From assembly GCA_965219415.1 (NCBI GenBank), contig OZ244742.1, positions 1,664,001 through 1,728,000 of the forward strand: a stretch of 64,000 nt of DNA, given 5' to 3'. A program made the position numbers and the translations under genes. Positions 11,784 through 22,249 of the stretch are shown in pieces. The notes under the pieces were generated by a model. It had not been told where the DNA came from. It searched no databases and worked only from the letters and a program-made list of their open reading frames with translations. Numbering within the stretch: the stretch's first letter is position 1; every line of letters begins with the position of its first letter. The DNA is from Candidatus Marinacidobacterales bacterium. Lineage in GTDB: Bacteria; Acidobacteriota; Vicinamibacteria; Marinacidobacterales; DATDRI01.

Positions 11784-12026
11784 GTGAAAAATATCACTGT
11801 TTCACTGCCAGATGATGTCTATCGACAGGCGCGCATCAGGGCGGCGGAGCGAGACACTTCCGTCAGCGCCATGGTCCGGGAGTTCCTGCTGAACCTGGGG
11901 GAGGAAGAATCCGACTTCGAGCGACGCCGCCGGCTTCAAACGGAAGTATTGGACACGGTGAAGGGCTTTCGAGCTGGCGTCCGTTTGACCCGCAAGAAGC
12001 TCCACGAGCGCGATGCGCTTCGTTGA
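11784..12026 (+). CDS. Ribbon-helix-helix antitoxin (VapB/DUF6364-like)
   Basis: MKNITVSLPDDVYRQARIRAAERDTSVSAMVREFL; overlaps the PIN gene. Confidence 0.8.
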   Translation: MKNITVSLPDDVYRQARIRAAERDTSVSAMVREFLLNLGEEESDFERRRRLQTEVLDTVKGFRAGVRLTRKKLHERDALR

Positions 12027-12429
12027 CACGAATATCCTTCTCTACGCAGCGAGCAAGTCGCCGGACGAGCAGGAGAAGTCCCGGATCGCTCTTGCCGTTC
12101 TCGATTCCGAAGACATCGCTCTATCGGTGCAGGTACTGCAGGAGTTCTACGTGCAGGCCACCCGGCTAGGCAAGACGAATGCGCTGAGTCACGAGCAGGC
12201 GTCGCTTCTCATCGAGTCTTTCCTCCGTTTTCGTGTTCAAGAGACAACCGTTCCGTTGATGCAGTCCGCTTTGGATTTAAGAGACCGGTTCCAAATCTCC
12301 TATTGGGATGCAGCAATCATTGAGGCGGCAAGACTAGCCGAATGTCGCACCGTTCTCACAGAAGACCTGAACGACGGACAAGACTTTTCCGGTGTCATTG
12401 TAGAGAATCCATTCCGCCAGCTCGCTTGA
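12013..12429 (+). CDS. vapC: PIN-domain VapC toxin
   Basis: FVDTNILLYA, SVQVLQEFY, ISYWDAAIIEAA, LTEDLNDG. Confidence 0.9.
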   Translation: MRFVDTNILLYAASKSPDEQEKSRIALAVLDSEDIALSVQVLQEFYVQATRLGKTNALSHEQASLLIESFLRFRVQETTVPLMQSALDLRDRFQISYWDAAIIEAARLAECRTVLTEDLNDGQDFSGVIVENPFRQLA

Positions 12430-12479
12430 TTCGTATCTTCGTCCGGAGGGAGTAGCGATCGAGCCACCCGCTTCCGCGC

Positions 12480-12640
12480 GTGTGGACAGCCGACCCCCTC
12501 GGGCAACTACACGAGATGGTTCGACGTCTTCCCCGACGGCCAGCACTTCGCTATGCTCACATTTACCGAAGCCAACTTGCGGGACCTTACGGTTATGGTC
12601 AACTGGTCTACCGAGATCTCTCGACTGTTCTCCGACAAAA
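12480..12640 (+). pseudogene. C-terminal remnant of a PD40/TolB-repeat Ser/Thr kinase
   Basis: From 12502 it reads GNYTRWFDVFPDGQHFAMLTFTEANLRDLTVMVNWSTEISRLF, like the DVSPDGQRF...VVLNW..EL C-terminus of acidobacterial kinase-PD40 proteins; no start codon. Confidence 0.55.
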
Positions 12641-12656
12641 AAATTGAATTTTTTTT

Positions 12657-12857
12657 CTTGACAAGATTCTCCTGGCACATTTTTCTTCGAACTTACCCTC
12701 TCTCTAAGACGCTCTGAAACGCTACCGTCGGTCTTCAGATCACTCTTTAGAAGCTTCGACACAAAAAGGTTCGTCCGAAGACTCGCTCGGTCCTCCTTGG
12801 TCGCGTCAAGTCCCAAAAAAGTGTGCAGTTATATTACTTGTAAGGGAGGACGACCGA
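12657..12857 (+). promoter_or_regulatory. Putative structured leader or ncRNA upstream of the HNH gene, with anti-Shine-Dalgarno
   Basis: GCACATTTTT 12675-84 pairs with AAAAGTGTGC 12817-26; GTCTTC/GAAGAC inner stem; GTCCTCCTT 12790-98 pairs with AGGGAGGAC 12843-51. Confidence 0.4.
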
Positions 12858-13789
12858 TGCTTGACAAATCACTGACATCAATTCCGGATGATGCGCTACT
12901 CCGGCGCCTGTCCGAGCTGTTACAGCAATCCCGGCGCGTCGAGTCAGAGCTCGTCGCCCACGTGGCCGAAGTGGATTGAGCGTCGGCTGTATGCACGCGA
13001 AGCATTTCCGTCGATGTTTGCGTATTGCACCGAGAAGCTGAACCTGTCGGAGCACGAGGCTTATTTGCGCATCACTGTGGGGCGCGCGTCACGAAAACAT
13101 CCGGTCTTGCTGACGATGCTGGGAGAGGGGCGTCTTCACTTGAGCGGCATCGCCAAGCTTGTGCCACACCTCACCGACGCCAACCGAGAGACCCTTCTGG
13201 CACAGGCGACCGATAAATGATTGAGGAGCTGGTTGTCGAGCTTGCACCCCAGCCGGACGTGCCAGCAAGGATCCGAAAGTTGCCGGAGCCTCAACTCGGT
13301 CCGGACCGAGTTGTGTCGCCGAAGCCCGCAGGGCTAAGGCCGGTTGAGCCTCTCGCACCTGCCCGCTACAAGATTCAATTCACGGGGAACGCCCAGCTGA
13401 AAGAGAAGCTCGAGCGACTCCAGGCGCTCAGACCGAACGGCGATCTTGCGGCAATGATCGAAGAGGCCGTTACTGAGAAGCTCGAACGGCTCGAATCCAA
13501 ACGCTTTGGGAAGACGAAGATCCCGAGAAAGAACCTGGAACAGACCGACACCTCACCATCCTCGCGTTACATCCAGGCCGCGGTGAAGCGGGCGGTCAGC
13601 GAGCGCGACGGGCTCCAGTTCCACCACGACGACCCCTATGCGCGCGGGGGCGACCACAGCCCCGACAATATCGCGATGATGTGCCCCACGCACAACGCAT
13701 ATCTGGCCGAGTGCGACTACGGCAAGGAAGCTATGAAACGCTATAGTCGTTCCCGGGAGCCCGCGCCGGTCTACGCCTCGACGACCTAG
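12857..13789 (+). pseudogene. DUF222-like/HNH endonuclease, disrupted by frameshifts and small deletions
   Basis: DALLRRLSELL...LVAHVAEVD/ERRLYAREAFPSMFAYC...GRLHLSGI N-terminus; C-terminal FHHDDPYARGGDHSPDNIAMMCPTHN HNH motif; the Cys pair expected after AVSERDG is missing. Confidence 0.75.
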
Positions 13790-15467
13790 GTCTTCAACGT
13801 CGGGTGCTTCTTGTGAAAATCCGTTGAATTCTGGTAAGCGCGCGCGACGGCCAAGGTCGTCGCCTCACCGAACAGCTTCCCCATGAAGCTAATACTGGTC
13901 GGAGTCCCATCTTCCCGGAACCCATTAGGCAGAACAACACAGGGGTGACCGGTCAGGTTCGTGAGCAGCAGGTTGTCGCCCACCCGCGAGGGTGCCACGT
14001 AGACGTCGACGTCGGACAGCTTATCGGCCATGGCGTGCATGAGCATGGTCCGGACACGATTGGCCCGGATGTACTCCACAGCGGGTACAAGCCGAGCCTT
14101 GCGGAAGGCGTTCGGCCAAGCGTTCTTGATCTGGCGGACCAGGACGTCATCTCGGTTGCTGCGGGTCAGCTCGTCGAACGCAGCCGCGGCTTCCGCACCC
14201 AGTATGAAATTCAAGGCGCCGATGGGCAGGTCCGGAAGCTCGATCGGGACTAAGTTCAAACGCATTGAGCGAAGTTTCTCTAGCGTCGCCTTGTCGATCG
14301 CTTTCCACTGCTCCTCTTCTTCGCGCTCTTCCTCAAACGCTTTTTCGAGGTAGCCGATCCGAAGCGTCTTGATGTCGAGCCCGGCGTCCAAGTTGAAGGG
14401 CGCGTCGATCACGTGGAGGTCCTTGCCGTCGGGACCGTGAATCGTATCGAAGACGATCGCACAGTCTTCGACGCTCCGGCACATGGGGCCGATCTTGTCC
14501 ATGCTCCAACTGAGGGCCATGGCGCCATCACGACTCACGCGCCCGAAAGTAGGACGAAGCCCGGTCACGCCGCAGGCCGAGCTGGGCGACACGATGGAGC
14601 CCCAAGTCTCGGTGCCGATGCTGAATCCAACAAGGCCCGCGGCAGTCGCCGCGCCGGGTCCGGCCGACGAGCCGCCGGACGGTTTTTCGTAGTCCCAGGG
14701 GGTGCGCGTCTCACCACCGTACCAAACATTTCTCCAGGCCAGCGCGCCGAGGGTCAGTTTGGCGACGAGAACTGCGCCTGCCTCCTCGAGCCGTTTCACG
14801 ATCGCGGCATCTTCTTCGATGACTTGATCCTTATAGGGCATCGCGCCCCACGTCGTCTTGTAGCCTTTCACCGCAAGCAAATCCTTGGCTCCCCAAGGAA
14901 TTCCGTGTAGTGGGCCGCGGTACTTACCGGCTGCGATCTCTTCATCGGCGCGGCGCGCCTGCTCGAGCGCAAGCTCCTCGGTCAGAGTGATCACGCACTC
15001 GAGCTTCGGTCCGTACTTCTCGAGTCGGCCGAGATACATTTTTTAGTCAGGTCGGTCGAGCTCACGCGTCGCGACTCGATGAGCTTCGAGAGATGCGTGA
15101 CCGGCCAGAAGGCGACTTCTTCCAGGTTAGCGGGAACCGAATCGACCCGGACTTCGCTTAGCCGGATCGGGCGGCGCTCGCCGTCCATGGACATCCCCGG
15201 TAGGCGAGGGTTGAAGTAGAGCGCCGGAGGCACACCGTTGGGGATGCTCACGGTGCGGAGCTTCTCGTAGTCGGCGAGATGTTCATTCACCCCCTCCAAC
15301 ATGAGCTCCCGCTCTTCCTCGGTGAACTGAAGTCCCGCAATCTCCTCCGCATTCTTCAACATGTCCTTTGTGACCTCCGGGGGTAGCGCCGCCGAGAGAC
15401 CGGCGGCCGAGAAAACCGCAAGAAAGCGGCGGCGGTTCAACTCGTGCTCCGGGAGTTTGGTGGTCAT
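13786..15467 (-). CDS. Amidase signature family protein with Tat-like signal, frameshifted at about 15040
   Basis: NRRRFL; GPLHGIPWGAKDL, GGSSAG, IGTETWGSI; the break lies at a T homopolymer. Confidence 0.87.
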
Positions 15468-15729
15468 GGGACCTCCTTAGCGGTCAGCGTCGCGGGCAGC
15501 GCGACGCTCACCTTAACTCCAAGCCGGTAAACCCGTCAAAGCGCCGACTTTCGACCTATGGTGTTGGCTTTACCCTACGGGTCCGGTCGATTCCCCACAG
15601 TCTTGAATAAAGATGCCCGCAACACACGAACCGGGCAGCCGCAACCGACTACTAGTCTTGTACTTAGTGCTTTCGGCGCTCGCCGCACATGGCCTGGAAG
15701 TTGCATCGAAGCGGTTCGCGAGGATAGGT

Positions 15730-16460
15730 GTGGCCGTAGACAAAACAGTCGAAGCGAAAAAGACCGACGACGGCGATGTATCTCAGCGGGCCGCTGCCCT
15801 CCGAGATCTCATTCGTCTCTTGGTCAAGGCGCGGAAGGCGCTCAGGCTCTACCAGGCCAATAACGCCATCGCGCACCGCTTGGAGAAGGAACTCTACGCG
15901 AAGCTCTTTGCCCACTTGGAAGAGGCAGGGGAGTTCGAGCTCACCGTCCAGGAATTCAAGATGCTTCTCGGTGAAGACATTCTCTACGAAAGTAGCGACC
16001 GCAACGACAGCCTCTCCTTCACGCTGTTCCGGGACGGCGTTCGCAGGATCAGCTTTCATCCCGGCATCGAGGATAGGGAGCTTCACGGTTTTCTAACCTG
16101 TTTGAATCGCGTCGGGGTCCACTCCAACAACCAGGACGATCTGGTAACACTTTTTTGGGAGCAGGATTTCAAATCCATCAAGTACTACGCGATCGAAGAG
16201 CTGAGCAGCGAGTCTTCTGGTCCGAGTCTTCAGCAGCAACTAGAATCCGGGGCGCATGGAGAAGGCGGCGGTGGTGGCGCTGCCACCGACAGCGTCAGCC
16301 TCAAGGATTTGGAGCAGCCAACCGCTCATCTTCCCAACGATGCCTGCCGACTCACGGAAGACGAACTCGAAGCCTTGCGTGCGGAGCCCTTGTCGCAGGA
16401 AAACGAGCCCTTCTCTGGCTCGGTCGTCGAGCTCGCCATCGAGCTCACTCTACAGGAAAG
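15730..16460 (+). pseudogene. N-terminal part of a HEAT-repeat-type protein, truncated at about 16460
   Basis: LVKARKALRLYQANN...LFRDGVRRISFHPGIEDRELHGFL...DDLVTLFWEQDF resembles the N-terminal domain of that family; similarity ends abruptly at about 16455. Confidence 0.5.
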
Positions 16461-17261
16461 GCGCAAAAGAAGGGCGTCGAGATCGTCGTGGACCGCGAGA
16501 GCAACGTGACAGACTTCAACGATGCCGCGGGGGCCGCGAAGACGAAGCTTTCGGTACTCATCGAGCTCGACACCGGGACCAACCGCACGGGAATCGAGAT
16601 GGGCAAACCGGCCATGGATCTGCTGCAGTCGATCGCCAAGAGTCCGAACCTTACGTTCGGAGGAATCCAGGCTTATGCGGGCCAGGTTCAGCACCTGAAG
16701 GGCTACAAGTATCGCAAGATGCGGTCCGAGCAGGCGTTGTCCCGGGCGCTCACGATGAAACACGAGATGGAAAAGGCGGGCTTCGACGTCCCGGTGCTGA
16801 GCGTCGGCGGTACGGGCACTTACAACATCGACGCCGCCATCGAGGGCGTCACCGACCTCCAAGCGGGGTCGTACTTGTTCATGGATGTCGACTACCGCGG
16901 CATCGGCGGCAAGAGGGACGCCGTTTATGATGATTTCCAGCCCTCGCTCTTCGTGATTGCCACCGCCATCAGTCAGCCGATGAAGGGCCGCATCACCATC
17001 GACGCAGGCCTCAAGGCGTTCGCAACCGACAAGACGCCGGCCCTCAGAGACATTACCGGTGTCACCTATCGCTTCGCGGGCGACGAGCACGGGATCCTCG
17101 AGTTCAAAAATCCCTCGAAGGAGATCCAGGTAGGAGACAAGGTCGCGTTACTCGCCTCACATTGCGATCCAACGGTCAATCTCTATGACCAGTACTACGC
17201 GTACCGAGGCGAGCAGGTCGAGGAAATCTGGCCGGTGGCCGGAAGAGGAAGGTCGCAGTAA
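16455..17261 (+). pseudogene. C-terminal two-thirds of a DSD1/D-threonine aldolase family PLP enzyme
   Basis: VLIELDTGTNRTG, GIQAYAG, GGTGTY, LQAGSYLFMD, DEHG, HCDPTVNLYD; the N-terminal PLP-lysine (RPHxKTHK) region and start are absent. Confidence 0.75.
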
Positions 17262-17278
17262 GAGTTTCGGGGGACAGG

Positions 17279-18784
17279 TTACTTGTTTCGAGTAGCCTGT
17301 CCTTTTTTTTCGTCAAGCACACGGCCATCCTTGGCAAGTGTGCCGGGCAATTCCAACCCGTTACTCAAACGTATCACCCCCTCGTAGAGCTCGCCCCGCT
17401 CTTTACGCAGTTGTTGGATGGCGTCGGTGCGCTGCGCGCGAGTAAACCGGACCCGGAGCGCTCGCAGCGTCTCCTGAACCAGTCGTTGGTAATGGAGAAC
17501 GACGAACCCACCGAGCGCACTCAGGACGAAGGCCACGACTCCTGTCAGAAACGGGGCGTTCGGAATCGTGGGGTAGATCGTATGGAGCGCTGCGACCCCG
17601 GCGCCGGCGAGAATCGCGATCACCAGCCACGTGAGAGGAAAAGCGACGGCTCCCAAGAGCAGCTTCGCGGTGGCCTCGTCCTTGTAGGCCCGCGACACGG
17701 CTTTGGACACAGCCGTCACCAAGAGAGCGGTTGGTACGTTGGCGACGAAGCCCACGAGAAGAATGGGCGGCAAGAGTAGGTAAACAAGGACCACCTGAAG
17801 GAGAAGAGCTGCCGCCACCCAGTGCGAGCGAAGCCGCGGATTGCCGTCGAGCTCATGATCGTGGAACCCGAAGGACCGGAGATCCTGGTCGTACTCGCCG
17901 ACCCGAGACAAAAGCGCTTCGACTTCCTGCGGATGAGTCCTCATGAGCGCCCGGTAACCGGTCCAAAGACGAGCGAAACCCAGTTGACGCTCCGTCATGT
18001 CGGGACGATTGAGAGAGGCCCCCGCCCGGCTCGCGCGCTCGGCCCGAATCAACTTTCGGCCACGATGTAACAGATGATGGAGCTCCCAACTCTCGGTTGC
18101 ATGGACGACCTCGTGAAGGGCCCGCTCGATCTCGTCGGTGAGTCGACGATACTTCTTTCTGGCTTCCTCGAAGGAAGCTTCCGGAGCGGGGGGCTCGGCC
18201 AAATCGGGATCGAGCTCGAGAGGAGGGTGAAACGCCACCAGTGCGTTCGAACCAAACACTCCCTTCTTGTCGTAGTGGAGACCGACCGGAATGATAGCGG
18301 GCTTGACGCCGGCCTCGGACGTCAGCTCGGTTGCTCGATAGAAGAGTCTCGCCGCGCCGGTCTTGAGCTCTTGCGGTTGCGGCTCGTCGTGGCTCACTCC
18401 TTCTGGGAACAATGCGGCAAACGCTCCGTCTGCAACCGCTCGGGCCAGCGCATCCAAGCTTTGCGTGTTCGCGTCCGGTCGCTCGGAGTTACCTTCTCCG
18501 GGTACTACGTCCTGGCGGCGATAGATCGGGACCGTTCCCAGTTGCCGCATGAACCAGCCGAGTATCGGCCACCGAAAGAGGCCATGCCGCGCACCAAAGA
18601 TGATCCGTCTCGGAAAGCGCGTCAGGATTAGGCCGCCATCGACGATAGCATTGGGATGCCAGGACACGACGATGCCACCGCCGCCGGCGGGCACGTGCTC
18701 AAGCCCAGTCACCTCGATCCGGCGAAAGAATAGGCGATTAAGAAGGCCGAGCGCCCGGACCGTTTCTCGATAGGCGAGAGCCAT
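17279..18784 (-). CDS. PlsC/GPAT-like acyltransferase with C-terminal membrane segments
   Basis: WHPNAIVD (HxxxxD), VPIYRRQD, FPEGVSH, IIPVGL. Confidence 0.85.
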   Translation of the reverse strand: MALAYRETVRALGLLNRLFFRRIEVTGLEHVPAGGGGIVVSWHPNAIVDGGLILTRFPRRIIFGARHGLFRWPILGWFMRQLGTVPIYRRQDVVPGEGNSERPDANTQSLDALARAVADGAFAALFPEGVSHDEPQPQELKTGAARLFYRATELTSEAGVKPAIIPVGLHYDKKGVFGSNALVAFHPPLELDPDLAEPPAPEASFEEARKKYRRLTDEIERALHEVVHATESWELHHLLHRGRKLIRAERASRAGASLNRPDMTERQLGFARLWTGYRALMRTHPQEVEALLSRVGEYDQDLRSFGFHDHELDGNPRLRSHWVAAALLLQVVLVYLLLPPILLVGFVANVPTALLVTAVSKAVSRAYKDEATAKLLLGAVAFPLTWLVIAILAGAGVAALHTIYPTIPNAPFLTGVVAFVLSALGGFVVLHYQRLVQETLRALRVRFTRAQRTDAIQQLRKERGELYEGVIRLSNGLELPGTLAKDGRVLDEKKGQATRNK

Positions 18785-18797
18785 AAGCTAACTCGGC

Positions 18798-19925
18798 TTA
18801 TGACCGCGCTCTGGTTGGAGATACCGCAAGTCCCTCCAGAAGCCTGACCAGCCCCCCGAGGCCCATCGACCGAACCGGTTGCTCGCCGATACTAATGGCG
18901 AGCAGGCGATCGAAGAGCTCGGGTTTGCGAGCGAACGTTGCGATGACCCGCCGCCGGAGCCATGGTTGGCGAGCCACGGTCAGGAGGAGTCCAGTCATCC
19001 AATAGTAAGCTCGACTGAGACGCCGGTACTCGTCTTCATAAGATGCCAACCGCCTGCCTTCGGCCACCGTCTCGGCGAGCGAGCGCGCACAGTGGAAAGC
19101 GAGCGACAAGCCCTCGCCGGTAATGGCATCGAGATATCCCGCGGCATCGCCCACGAGCGCGAGATTGTCTCGATAGCGGCACCGCACTCGTTGGCGGAAG
19201 GGTCCGGCTCCAGCCGCGTCACTTGCCACGGCAGCGTTTCCGAGCCGCTCGCCGAGACGCGGGAACTTGCTCAGCAAACCTACGAACCCTCCACACTCCT
19301 CGCTCGAGAGCAAAGCGACTCCGACCTCCTCCGAACCGACGGGCGTCACGTAGGCTTCGCTTCCATCGGCCCAATACACCTCAACGAAAGGCGACCACGG
19401 ACGAGCTCGAAAGTGACGTCGCACGCCGAAGCGCTTCTCACCGCGCCGCCCCTTCTCCAACCCCGCCTGTTTTCGAACCTTGCTATGAAGCCCGTCCGCA
19501 CCGATGAGAAAGCGCGCCTCGATGCCCTCCCCTGCCGTCTCGACGACGGCACGCTCGCCGTCGTAGCGCCAGCTATCCACCGCCACGCCGTAGCGAAGCT
19601 CGACTCCCAACTTCTCGGCGCGCTCCAACATCGCCTGAACGAGGGCGGTGCGCCGGACACCCCAGCCGGGTCTTCCTCGAAACCGCCCCTCGGCAAGGAT
19701 GTCTCCATCGACATAACGAATGCCGTGGAACGGAGAGTGCGGCACCTGGACACCCATCTCCTCGAGGAGTGCCACACCAGGCGGCATGATCCCCTCGCCG
19801 CAAGGCTTGTCCAATGGAAGAGAGCGCCTGTCGAGGACGGTCGAGGAGAGTCCCCCGCGCGCCGCAAAGATCGCGGTCGCCAGCCCCGCTGGACCTCCAC
19901 CTACGATAATTAGATCGCTCGTCAT
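18798..19925 (-). CDS. FAD-dependent oxidoreductase/monooxygenase (SrsC/FtpE-like, geranylgeranyl reductase family)
   Basis: GGGPAG, DKPCGEGIMPPG, GADGLHS, RFGVRRHF..RPWS.FVEVYW, GDAAGYLDAITGEG. Confidence 0.85.
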   Translation of the reverse strand: MTSDLIIVGGGPAGLATAIFAARGGLSSTVLDRRSLPLDKPCGEGIMPPGVALLEEMGVQVPHSPFHGIRYVDGDILAEGRFRGRPGWGVRRTALVQAMLERAEKLGVELRYGVAVDSWRYDGERAVVETAGEGIEARFLIGADGLHSKVRKQAGLEKGRRGEKRFGVRRHFRARPWSPFVEVYWADGSEAYVTPVGSEEVGVALLSSEECGGFVGLLSKFPRLGERLGNAAVASDAAGAGPFRQRVRCRYRDNLALVGDAAGYLDAITGEGLSLAFHCARSLAETVAEGRRLASYEDEYRRLSRAYYWMTGLLLTVARQPWLRRRVIATFARKPELFDRLLAISIGEQPVRSMGLGGLVRLLEGLAVSPTRARS

Positions 19926-19980
19926 TTTGTTGCGATCACTGCGTTGCGTGTAGCTACCATTTCTGCGCGTAGTGTATCCC

Positions 19981-20012
19981 GCTGGAAACTTGGCTTCCAG
20001 CTACGATAGGCT
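19981..20012 (+). promoter_or_regulatory. Inverted repeat plus -10 element in the divergent intergenic region
   Basis: GCTGGAA-N7-TTCCAGC (19981-20001); TAGGCT 20007-12 lies 6 nt before ATG 20019. Confidence 0.4.
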
Positions 20013-20018
20013 AGCTCG

Positions 20019-22249
20019 ATGTCGACCATTGGAGCGAGCTCCCGCCGAAAGGAAGGACCGGAGAAACTCTGCGGCGTAACGAAGTACATCGACGACTACA
20101 GACTCCCCGGATGCCTTTACGGGGTCACCCTCCGTTCATCGATTCCTTACGGCCTCATAAAGAATATTCGTTTCGCTCCGAAATTCCCCTGAGACGAATG
20201 CGTCATCGCTCGCGCCGAAGACATTCCTGGCAGAAACTACGTGGCCTTGATCGAAGAAGACCAACCGCTATTGACCGAACATCGAGTGATGCACGCGATG
20301 GAGCCCATTCTGATCGTTGGCCATCCGGTTCGCCAGACCGCGTACGAAGCACTCCGGCACATCGAGGTGGACTACGAGGAAAAGAGGCCCGTCCTTTCGA
20401 TGGAAGAATCCATCGACCTCGAGCAAGTCCTTTATTCCTCGGACAACGTCTTCAAACGCCTTTTGATCGAGAAAGGAGACATCGGGGCGGGCACCTCGGC
20501 TGCGGATTTCCTTGTCGAGGGCGAGTACCGGGTCCCCTACCAGGAACAGGCGTATATCGAGAGCAACGGAGTCGCGGTCTGGGAAGAAGAAGATGGCACG
20601 CTCGTCGTGATGGGCTCGATGCAATGTCCCTACTACGTCCACAAGGCGATGAAGCCGCTCTTCCCGAGGCCGGAGGACAAGATCCGGATCGTGCAGACGA
20701 CGACCGGAGGCGGCTTCGGCGGCAAAGAGGAATACCCGAACGTAATCGCGGGACACGCGGCACTTCTAGCTATCAAGGCGAGACGTCCGGTCAAGATGAT
20801 CTATGACCGGCACGAAGACATGCTCACCACTACGAAACGCCATCAGGCCCGCGTCCGGCATCGTACCGGCGTCCGCAAAGACGGGAAACTCCTTTCGCAA
20901 GAGATCGAGATCGTTATGGACGGGGGAGCCTATGTAACGTTGTCACCGGTAGTACTGTCTCGAGGGGCACTTCATGCTACCGGCCCTTACGATTGCCCCA
21001 ACGTACGGATTCTCGCGAAAACCGTGGCCACCAACAATCCACCGAGCGGGGCATTTAGAGGGTTCGGAGCACCGCAAACGTTGTTTGCCGCCGAACTCCA
21101 TATGGAGAAGATCGCGGCGACTCTAGGTGTCGATTCCCTAACCCTGAGGCGGCGCAACCTCTTCAAGGAAGGATCGGTGACCGCCACCGGCCAGATCCTG
21201 CGAGAGAGCGTCGGCGCGACCGAAGTTCTCGAACGCACCGTCAAGCGTAGCAGGTACGTCGACAAGCAGAAAGAGTACGCCCGCTGGAACCGTCAAAAGA
21301 ATCGCTCGAGCTGGAAGGGCGTCGGGCTTTCGGTCGTTTTTCACGGGGCCGGCTTCACCGGTGCGGGCGAAGTGCATCTTGCGGGTCGAGCTGGAGTCTC
21401 GCTGACACGTGGAGGCGAGATTCACATAGAATCAGCTTCCACCGGGATCGGACAGGGCACCAACAGCATGTTCGCTCAGATCGTGGCCGAGACGCTCGGG
21501 CTACCCTACGATTGGATCCAGACCGACACCCCCGACACCAGCAAAGTGCCGGACAGCGGGCCGACGGTTGCGAGTCGAACCTGCATGGTGGTGGGTGGAC
21601 TCCTTCGCCGCGCAGCCCTCCGTCTCAAGGCGGCGGCTACGGAAGCCGAAGTGAGTTTTCCACGAACGCGCCGCGGTCTGCGAAAGGCGGCGTCGAAGCT
21701 CGCAAACGGAGATTCCGCGCTCCGTTTCGTCGAACAGTACGAAAAGCCAGAGGGTATCCAGTGGGACGACGACAAGTACCGAGGGGACGCCTACGGTGTT
21801 TATAGCTACGCGGCGATGGTGGTGGACATCGAGATCGACAAACTCACCTACCAAGTGAAGATTCGAAAGGTGACCACGGCGCAGGATATTGGCAAGGCGA
21901 TCAATCCCCTTCTCGTCGAAGGCCAAATCATGGGAGGAACCGCGCAGGCGCTCGGGTATGCGCTCTTGGAGAACGCCATCTACGAGAACGGCGTGATGCA
22001 AAACGCTCAGTTCACGAACTACATCATTCCCACCACACTCGATACACCGCCGATGATGGTCGATCTCATCGAAAGACCATACTCGCGTGGCCCCTTCGGC
22101 GCCAAGGGGGTAGGCGAGCTACCCTTCGATGTACCCGCGCCTGCGGTGTCCGCGGCGATCTGGAGCGCCACCGGCCTTTTCATCCCCGGCTCCCGCTGCT
22201 GCCAGAACGAATTTGCAGAGCCCGACATGATCAGACTGAACATCAATAG
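20019..22249 (+). CDS. Xanthine dehydrogenase family molybdopterin-binding subunit (PucD-like); in-frame TGA at 20190 and frameshift at about 22188
   Basis: RKEGPEKLCG..KYIDD, QEQAYIE, GGGFGGK, AFRGFGAPQ, IGQG, GPTVASR, GPFGAKGVGE; the shifted frame gives the LPLLPERI C-terminus. Confidence 0.85.

Noticed and set aside
15486-15508. 9-bp hairpin AGCGTCGCG/CGCGACGCT upstream of the amidase
   Set aside because: Single copy with no U-tract; not enough to call a REP element or terminator
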